A DNA stretch of 38,573 nt from Candidatus Babelota bacterium (GTDB lineage: Bacteria; Babelota; Babeliae; Babelales; UASB340). A program made the position numbers and the translations under genes. Each line of letters starts with the position of its first letter. The first letter of the stretch is position 1. The DNA lies in NCBI GenBank assembly GCA_018897535.1, contig JAHIKO010000020.1, positions 1 to 38,573 on the forward strand, given 5' to 3'. This document shows positions 27,624-34,166 of the stretch, piece after piece. Below the pieces are notes generated by a model, which was not told where the DNA came from, searched no databases, and saw only the letters and a list, made by a program, of their open reading frames with translations.

Positions 27624-28628
27624 ATGAATGAAAAAACTTTATTTGTAGTTGCTTCAGGTTCAGGCGGGCATATTTTGCCCGCGCTAATTTTGGCAAAAGA
27701 ATGGAAAATTAAAAATTTAGGTAAAGTTGTCTTTTTTACAGGGGTTAAGAATTTGGATAAAACTATTTTAGATGATAATAGTTTTATTGATCAAAAAATA
27801 TATTTAAAGTTATCTAACTTCCCGGGAAAAAAAGTTTATTTATACCCTAAATTTATTTGGCAATTTATTTTCAGTTATTTTAGAGCTATTTATTGGGTTA
27901 AAAGATATAAAAATATAACTGTAATTTCTACCGGTGGATATTTAGCAATTCCTGTTTGTTTGGCTGCAAAAAGATATAAGCAAGAAATAATTTTATATGA
28001 ATTAAATGTTGTTCCCGGTAAAGCAATAAAATTTTTGTCCAAATTGGCGACTAAAATAAATATTGTTTTTGAAAATAGTAAAAATTATTTTTCTAAAAAA
28101 TTACAAAACAAAATAAATCTAACAAATTATCCGTTAAGATATTCAGAATCAGACAAGATTTTTGATAAGCAAGAGCTTATATTAAAAATAAATAAGCAAG
28201 ATAGTATAAATTTTGATATTAATAAAAAAACTATATTTGTATTGGGCGGTTCTCAAGGTTCCGTTTCTTTAAATAATTATTTTAAAGTTTGGTTAAAAAA
28301 ATATAGTTTGCATGATAATTTTGAATTAAATAATATTCAGGTTATTCACCAAACAGGTGCATTGGATAAAACCAATTGGCAAGATTTTTATAAAAATTTA
28401 AATATACAAGCCATAGTTTTTTCGTATCGACAAGATTTAAAAGATTATTATTTATTATCAGATTTGGTTTTTGCCAGAGCAGGCGCGGGTACGCTATTTG
28501 AGCTTGAATTTTTTCAAAAGAGAAGTTTTATTTTTCCATTAAACACAGGATATACATCGCATCAGGTTGATAATGCGAAATTTATGGTAGAAAGAAATAA
28601 AGAGCTGTTTAAAATAAAACAGCTCTAA
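27624..28628 (+). CDS. murG: UDP-N-acetylglucosamine--N-acetylmuramyl-(pentapeptide)-pyrophosphoryl-undecaprenol GlcNAc transferase
   Basis: Motifs are VVASGSGGHILPALILA (N-terminal G-loop), FVLGGSQGS and FARAGAGTLFELEF, at the spacing typical of GT28 MurG. Confidence 0.85.
   Translation: MNEKTLFVVASGSGGHILPALILAKEWKIKNLGKVVFFTGVKNLDKTILDDNSFIDQKIYLKLSNFPGKKVYLYPKFIWQFIFSYFRAIYWVKRYKNITVISTGGYLAIPVCLAAKRYKQEIILYELNVVPGKAIKFLSKLATKINIVFENSKNYFSKKLQNKINLTNYPLRYSESDKIFDKQELILKINKQDSINFDINKKTIFVLGGSQGSVSLNNYFKVWLKKYSLHDNFELNNIQVIHQTGALDKTNWQDFYKNLNIQAIVFSYRQDLKDYYLLSDLVFARAGAGTLFELEFFQKRSFIFPLNTGYTSHQVDNAKFMVERNKELFKIKQL
28601..28625. terminator. Hairpin at the murG 3' end, a probable terminator for the convergent kinase gene
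   Basis: Perfect 9-bp stem AGAGCTGTT (28601-28609) / AACAGCTCT (28617-28625) with loop taaaata. On the minus strand it is followed by ttatttctttc. On the plus strand it is followed by an A-rich tail, so it is less convincing for murG. Confidence 0.4.
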
Positions 28629-28652
28629 AATTATTGTAAATTTAAAAATTCT

Positions 28653-29729
28653 TTAAATATCAGTAATTTCAATATAAAGTTTTTTTAATGCGTTAAAAAT
28701 ATCTAAAGCATTAGGTCTTTTATCTGGGTCTGGATTCCAGCATTTTTCTATTATTTCGTTTATAATAGGGTATTGAACTACAGAGTCATCTAATTTTGGT
28801 CTTACTCCATTTGCAATAAGTTGAATTATTGGTTCTCTTTTTTTTGTATCATTTTCGTATATGGGCATATTTTTTATTTCTTCTTTGTTTTCTTTTTTAA
28901 TAGTTTTAAAAAATTTCTTACCATAAAAGATTTCGTATAACGTTACTCCAAATGAATGTATATCTGCAGCTTTCGAAATATTATATGTTTTTTGTTGTTT
29001 ATTTGGATCAATGCTTTTTATTAATATATTTTCTGATGGAGTATAAAAAATTGTTCCTTTAAAAAATTCAGAAATTTCTTCGTTTTTTGTAAATGTAAAA
29101 TCTGTTAACCAAATATTTATAAAATCGATTTTTTTATTACATGAATATAAAAAATTATCTGGTTTTATATCTTGGTGAACTAAATTATTATGATGTAACA
29201 TATTTATAGCAGCTATTGCTCCAAGAGATATTTGTAATTTATGTTTGATATTTAATTCTTTATAATAGTGATATAAAAAATAATCCAACGAATTTTCTGC
29301 CCGCATTGTGAATATGATGTATATTTTGTTAGGTTTATCATAAATATATCCTAAGTACTTGATTATATTTGGATGTTTAAGTTTTTGTAGTAAATTCAGT
29401 TCGCGCAAAAAACGTCTTTCAGGATCTTTTACTGGAATAAAATATGAACAGGCCATTTCTTTTTTTTCATCATTTTCAATTTTTGTTCCACTGAATACTA
29501 TTTTTTCGGTACCTTGTCCTATTGTTGTTATATCTTTAAAATCATGTTTAGTTAAAATATCTTTAGCAATTTCTTCATAGTTTGGTATCTCTTGATTAAG
29601 GTTTGGTGTCTCTTCATTAAGATTTGGTATCTCTTCATTAAGCGCCAAAATATTTGTATAAACAAAAGATGCAAATATAAAAAAAACGTTTATGAAATAT
29701 TTTTTAAAATTATTTAACATAATTTTCAA
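28653..29729 (-). CDS. Secreted eukaryotic-like (TKL/Tyr-kinase-like) protein kinase
   Basis: 358 aa with signal peptide MKIMLNNFKKYFINVFFIFASFVYTNILA. Hanks subdomains are: I IGQGTEKIVFSG; III FLRELNLLQKL; IV HPNIIKYLGY; VIb LVHQDIKPDNFL; VII LTDFTFT; VIII GTIFYTPSE; IX DIHSFGVTLYEIF; XI CWNPDPDKRPNALDI. The subdomain IX and XI patterns (D..SFG..L.E, CW..DP..RP) are of the TKL/TK type. Confidence 0.85.
   Translation of the reverse strand: MKIMLNNFKKYFINVFFIFASFVYTNILALNEEIPNLNEETPNLNQEIPNYEEIAKDILTKHDFKDITTIGQGTEKIVFSGTKIENDEKKEMACSYFIPVKDPERRFLRELNLLQKLKHPNIIKYLGYIYDKPNKIYIIFTMRAENSLDYFLYHYYKELNIKHKLQISLGAIAAINMLHHNNLVHQDIKPDNFLYSCNKKIDFINIWLTDFTFTKNEEISEFFKGTIFYTPSENILIKSIDPNKQQKTYNISKAADIHSFGVTLYEIFYGKKFFKTIKKENKEEIKNMPIYENDTKKREPIIQLIANGVRPKLDDSVVQYPIINEIIEKCWNPDPDKRPNALDIFNALKKLYIEITDI
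29581..29643. repeat. 3 x 21-bp tandem repeat within the kinase gene, encoding heptapeptide repeats
   Basis: The units are tttggtatctcttgattaagg / tttggtgtctcttcattaaga / tttggtatctcttcattaagc. On the minus strand they encode LNEEIPN-LNEETPN-LNQEIPN immediately after the signal peptide. Confidence 0.9.
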
Positions 29730-29858
29730 CCCCCATATTTAATTAAATTTCAGATAGTAATAATAATATTCGTTTTGAAAAATATAACAAATGGGTTGAT
29801 AAAATAGCAGAAAAAACGAGATTTATTAATTATTTTGTTATGATTTTTGAAAAAATCA

Positions 29859-31442
29859 TTAAAAAATTCGTTTTTTGATCATTTTTGTCGGTATTTTTAG
29901 ACCTAAATCTTGTAAAATTGTTGCTGCTATATTTGATAATTCGAGCTTAATTGGCCCAAATTTAGTTATCTCAGGCTTATTTTTTTGTGATTTTTGGTTA
30001 ATTTTTATAAATATAACCGGATTTATTGTATGAGCAGTTACAAGTTCTCCGGTTTTTTTATTTATCATTTCTTCGGCATTTCCATGATCAGAGGTCAAAA
30101 ATATTGTGCCATTTTTATTTATAACTATTTCGTCATAAAGTTTTTTAATTTGCACATCTAAGCATTCACAAGCTTTAACTGTTGCATCAAAATCACCGGA
30201 ATGTCCAACCATATCTGCATTGGCATAATTAATTAAATAGAAATTTGCCGGATCATTTTTTAAAGAAGCTAAAACTTTTCTAGTAATTTTATATGCAGAC
30301 ATTTCCGGATGGTTTATATAATTTTTAGCTTTTATTGATGATATTAAGTTGTATGTTTCGTTTGGCAATTTTTTCTCATTCATACCTCTGAAAAAATAGG
30401 TTACATGAGCATATTTTTCTGTTTCTGCTATGACAAATATTTTTGCGTTTGATTGTGTAGATATCTCATCTAAAAGCGTGTGATCTATTTTTTCATGTTC
30501 AAATAAAATATCGTTATTAAAATTTTTAAAATCTTGCATATATCTTGTAGTTGTTATAAAAAATGCAAGAGTATTATTTGTTGAGTTTAAGTTTTGGGTC
30601 TTAAATTTATTAAAATCCGGATCTATAAAACTTTGGGTAAGCTGTCTTGCGCGATCAGGTCTAAAGTTGTAAAAAATTACACCATCTCCTGTTTTTATTT
30701 GTCCATTTTTTATAAATAACGTTGGATTAACAAATTCGTCAGTTATATTTTTTGCATAAAAATTTTTAAGTAATTGTTCCCAATTTTTTAAATTTGAGAT
30801 TTTAATTTTTGGGTCACACAAAATATCATAACTCTTTTTAGTTCTTTGCCAGTTATTATCACGATCCATAGAATAAAATCTACCGTGAATTGATGCAATT
30901 TTTCCCAAATTTAATTTTTTACAAATTTTATCTAATTTTTTTAAATGTATATTTGCAGATTTGGGAGGCACATCTCTACCGTCTAAAATTACGTGTATAT
31001 AAACATTTTTAATATTTTGTTTTTTTGCAAATTCCAATAATGCAAAAAGTTGAAATTCATGACTATGAACCCCACCATCGGACAGAAGCCCAATTATGTG
31101 TAAGGCGTTATCTGCTTTTATTTTCTTAAAATTATTAATTAAAACTTTATTTTTAAATATCGTTTTATTGTCTACTACTTCTTTGAATTTTGCCAAAGTA
31201 GATTTTATAATTCTGCCTGCACCCATAGTTAAATGTCCAACTTCGGAATTTCCAATAAATTTTGGTAAAAGTCCAACGGCTTTACCCGATGCATTTAATA
31301 ATGTTGAGGGGTAATTTTTGAGCAAAAACTCAAAAAATGGCATTTTTGCAGCTTTTATAGCATTTCCAAAAACTTGATTTTTATAGCCAAAACCATCGAA
31401 AATAACCAAAGCAATTGGGCCTTTTTTTGATATTTTGTTCAT
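29859..31442 (-). CDS. gpmI: 2,3-bisphosphoglycerate-independent phosphoglycerate mutase
   Basis: 527 aa. Motifs are ALVIFDGFG, GNSEVGHLTMGAGR, SDGGVHSH, NYANADMVGHSG and TSDHGNAE. Confidence 0.95.
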   Translation of the reverse strand: MNKISKKGPIALVIFDGFGYKNQVFGNAIKAAKMPFFEFLLKNYPSTLLNASGKAVGLLPKFIGNSEVGHLTMGAGRIIKSTLAKFKEVVDNKTIFKNKVLINNFKKIKADNALHIIGLLSDGGVHSHEFQLFALLEFAKKQNIKNVYIHVILDGRDVPPKSANIHLKKLDKICKKLNLGKIASIHGRFYSMDRDNNWQRTKKSYDILCDPKIKISNLKNWEQLLKNFYAKNITDEFVNPTLFIKNGQIKTGDGVIFYNFRPDRARQLTQSFIDPDFNKFKTQNLNSTNNTLAFFITTTRYMQDFKNFNNDILFEHEKIDHTLLDEISTQSNAKIFVIAETEKYAHVTYFFRGMNEKKLPNETYNLISSIKAKNYINHPEMSAYKITRKVLASLKNDPANFYLINYANADMVGHSGDFDATVKACECLDVQIKKLYDEIVINKNGTIFLTSDHGNAEEMINKKTGELVTAHTINPVIFIKINQKSQKNKPEITKFGPIKLELSNIAATILQDLGLKIPTKMIKKRIF

Positions 31443-31525
31443 TTTTTACCTTTAAAATTCGATACTTTTTACTTTTTTTTATTTTGATTTATGATTTAAG
31501 TATCAATAAATTAGAGGAAATTAAT

Positions 31526-31873
31526 ATGTTTTTAAAGAAATTATATATTTTAATAATAATTGCTTTTTTTAGCATAACTATTAACACACAAAATTTTGCA
31601 GCACAAGCTGAAAAAATAACTGAAGTAAATCGTGATTCAGCAAAAATGTCACCAAATTCAGAAAAATCTAAAATTAGTAAAATAAAAGAAGATATACAGC
31701 TTTATTTTGAAATTTTTTCTGAAATGTCACCTAGTGCAAGATGCGATTTTATAAAAGAAATTGTTGCTTTTCATGTATCTGAAAATAAAAATAAATATAT
31801 AATAGGATCAGCTGTTACAGCTACAGCAATAGTTGCTTATATATATTTCCATAATTCTAATAAAATTAACTAA
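31526..31873 (+). CDS. Small hypothetical protein with an N-terminal signal and a C-terminal hydrophobic helix
   Basis: The track ORF starts at 31415 inside the gpmI 5' end. ATG 31526 (MFLKKLYILIIIAFFSITINTQNFAAQA) has SD agaggaaa. The C-terminal segment IIGSAVTATAIVAYIYF looks like a TM anchor. I recognise no family. Confidence 0.45.
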   Translation: MFLKKLYILIIIAFFSITINTQNFAAQAEKITEVNRDSAKMSPNSEKSKISKIKEDIQLYFEIFSEMSPSARCDFIKEIVAFHVSENKNKYIIGSAVTATAIVAYIYFHNSNKIN

Positions 31874-31881
31874 AATTTATT

Positions 31882-32643
31882 ATGAGTAAGCATATATTTT
31901 CTATATTTTTAGAAAATTTAACAGAGTTAACTTCTAATTTAAATATTAATCAAACTTTTGAATTAAAAGATAAATTAGTATATTCAAGAATTACAAATAT
32001 TTTACGTTTATCTGAATCTGATAATATTATCTTTTTTGATAAAAATATAAATATTCTTGTCGAACTTTTATCCCAGACTTTCAAAAATAATAAATCTGTA
32101 TTTTTAAAAGTTTTAGAGAAAAATAAAAATAAAAAGTTAGAACCTGAAATAATTTTGTGCACTGGGCTTATAAAAAAAAGCTCTTTTGAAGAACTTATTT
32201 ATAATGCATCTGCACTTGGCGCTACAATAATTCAGCCTATATTAACTGATAAGTGCCAACAAAAGTGGGCCGGTCAAAAAGAAATAGATCGTTTGAAAAA
32301 AATAATAATAGCGGCCTGTGAACAGTCAAAAAATTATTGTTTACCCGAATTATATGAACCCATAAAAATTTCTGAATATTTAAAATATGCAAAAGATAAA
32401 AATTATAAAAAAATATTTTTTGAATCAGATCAAATTAAAACTACAGAATTAATAAAAGAATTAACGCAAAATAAATCAGAAAAAATTGTATTGTTCTTTG
32501 GTCCTGAGGGTGGATTTTCAGACTCTGAAATTTCAAATTTTCAGGAAAATAATTTTGTCGGTTATTCTTTAACAAAAACAATCTTACGATCACAAGAAGC
32601 TGTGACTGTTGGGCTTGGTTTGATACGAATTGTGACTAAATAG
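31882..32643 (+). CDS. rsmE: 16S rRNA (uracil1498-N3)-methyltransferase RsmE
   Basis: 253 aa. Blocks are LCTGLIKKSSFEELIYNASALGATIIQPILTDKC, KKIIIAACEQSKNYCLPEL, LFFGPEGGFSDSEI and TKTILRSQEAVTVGLGLI, the last being the SPOUT knot region. Confidence 0.8.
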   Translation: MSKHIFSIFLENLTELTSNLNINQTFELKDKLVYSRITNILRLSESDNIIFFDKNINILVELLSQTFKNNKSVFLKVLEKNKNKKLEPEIILCTGLIKKSSFEELIYNASALGATIIQPILTDKCQQKWAGQKEIDRLKKIIIAACEQSKNYCLPELYEPIKISEYLKYAKDKNYKKIFFESDQIKTTELIKELTQNKSEKIVLFFGPEGGFSDSEISNFQENNFVGYSLTKTILRSQEAVTVGLGLIRIVTK

Positions 32644-33348
32644 TTATTTTTTAGTTGGTCTTATGGCAAAATTTTGAGATTTTAAGTAAAGAGGCGTTAG
32701 CTTGAAAGATAAACAGTTTTTATCTTTTTCAAATTTATCTAAAGCTATTAATGCTATTTCCTGTGAACTTGCATTTTGAATATCTATAAAAGCTGAATTT
32801 TTATCAAAAATATTTAAGATTTTATCTTTGTGTAAATTTACTGCATTGCCAATAAAAATTATTTTTTGATTTTCAAAATTATTTTTTAGATCACTTAATA
32901 GTAAATCTATTTTTTTATAACCTTTTTGATTTTCGACTTTATCTGAATTAATTTTATAATAAACATCGTCATTATATGCATTTAAAAGCGCAACTATAAC
33001 ATCTGTTTTTTGTAAATTCTGTATTTGTTTTAAGGCCTGAGTTGATATTGCATCAAGTCCGTCTATACCTATTAAAGGAATTTTGCTTGCAAAACTTAGA
33101 CCATTTACCGTGCTTATGGTTACTCTCAAAGATGTAAAAGCACCCGGCCCCTGGTCTGTGGCAATAAACGCTAAATTTTCCAGTTTTAAATTGTTTTCTT
33201 TTAATAGATTTTGAATTATTGGGATTAAAAGAGAACTTGCTTTAAAATTATCTTCTTTGATATTTTTGATTATATTTGAGTTATTAAAAAGAGATATATC
33301 TAAAAGAGAGTAACTGCCTTGAATGCTTAAGAAAAATAGATTATCCAT
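32644..33348 (-). CDS. tsaB: tRNA threonylcarbamoyladenosine biosynthesis protein TsaB (YeaZ)
   Basis: 234 aa. FLSIQGSYSLLDISLF followed by FIATDQGPGAFTSLRVTISTVNGLSFASKIPLIGIDGLD matches the TsaB GPGSFTGLR...G...A...P..G.. block. Confidence 0.8.
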   Translation of the reverse strand: MDNLFFLSIQGSYSLLDISLFNNSNIIKNIKEDNFKASSLLIPIIQNLLKENNLKLENLAFIATDQGPGAFTSLRVTISTVNGLSFASKIPLIGIDGLDAISTQALKQIQNLQKTDVIVALLNAYNDDVYYKINSDKVENQKGYKKIDLLLSDLKNNFENQKIIFIGNAVNLHKDKILNIFDKNSAFIDIQNASSQEIALIALDKFEKDKNCLSFKLTPLYLKSQNFAIRPTKK

Positions 33349-33354
33349 AAAAAA

Positions 33355-33537
33355 TTAAGAACTGTGTTTTTTTAATTTTTGTTTTTGATAAAAAATACTA
33401 AACGCGTCATCTTTGATTGTGTGCTCTTTTTTTTCTATGATTTTGCCACAATTAAGACATTTCCAGCCTTCAAAATTAATGAAGTGATCAAAGAACGATT
33501 GCATGACCATCAATCCGTCACACTTTGGACACTTCAT
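33355..33537 (-). CDS. 60-aa zinc-ribbon protein
   Basis: MKCPKCDGLMV...WKCLNCGKII has two CxxC pairs about 22 aa apart. A strong SD ggaggga lies 6 nt upstream of the ATG. Its stop is 6 nt before the tsaB start. Confidence 0.55.
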   Translation of the reverse strand: MKCPKCDGLMVMQSFFDHFINFEGWKCLNCGKIIEKKEHTIKDDAFSIFYQKQKLKKHSS

Positions 33538-33646
33538 ACCGATTCCCTCCAGGCAAAGGAAAAAAACTCTTAAACCCTATTTTTATAATATAACCATTTT
33601 TTTTATATTTTGTAAAAGATTAGATAAATTAATTTAAACCCAATAT

Positions 33647-34075
33647 TTAAAATTGTTGAAAAGCTTTGTTGTCCAAATAACTTTGTAAGATAAATGCAGC
33701 TGCAACAGAGTGGCTTTTAATTTTATCTTCTTTAGTTTTTATTTTTTTTGTATTTAGACTTTCGGCCCTTTTGCTACTTAATCTTTCGTCCCAAAGAATC
33801 CATTTTATTTGATTATTAAATTTAGGATTTATTTTTTCTTCAAGTTCTTTGGCCGTATTCATTATTTTTTTTGTTTGTTCGCTTTCAAGTCCTGAAAACG
33901 TTGTTGGTTTTCCTATTACTATTGTTGATATATCTTCTTCTTTAATAACGGTTTCTAAAAAACTTTCCGTCATTTCCACATCTACAGTTTTATATGGTTT
34001 ACAGGTTATACCCAAACCGTCTGATATTGCAGAACCTACCCATTTATCACCAAGGTCTAAAGCAAGAATTTTCAT
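33647..34075 (-). CDS. ruvX: Putative pre-16S rRNA nuclease / Holliday-junction resolvase-like YqgF
   Basis: 142 aa. MKILALDLGDKWVGSAISD, IVIGKPTTFSGLESEQTKKI and WDERLSSKRAE match the YqgF family blocks (LG.D.G.KR.GVA, .V.G.P....G, .DER.T...A). Confidence 0.85.
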   Translation of the reverse strand: MKILALDLGDKWVGSAISDGLGITCKPYKTVDVEMTESFLETVIKEEDISTIVIGKPTTFSGLESEQTKKIMNTAKELEEKINPKFNNQIKWILWDERLSSKRAESLNTKKIKTKEDKIKSHSVAAAFILQSYLDNKAFQQF

Positions 34076-34166
34076 AAACTACCTATTATTAATAATTTTT
34101 TGCAAAATAGTATTATTCATATAAATATATTTTATATAGATTTTCAAATATTTAGAAAGGACTCAT

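Noticed and set aside
29840-29859. Hairpin atgattttt-ga-aaaaatcat at the gpmI stop codon, considered as a possible terminator.
   Set aside because: The stem is AT-only with a 2-nt loop, so it is thermodynamically weak and expected by chance in this composition. gpmI and the kinase gene may simply be co-transcribed.
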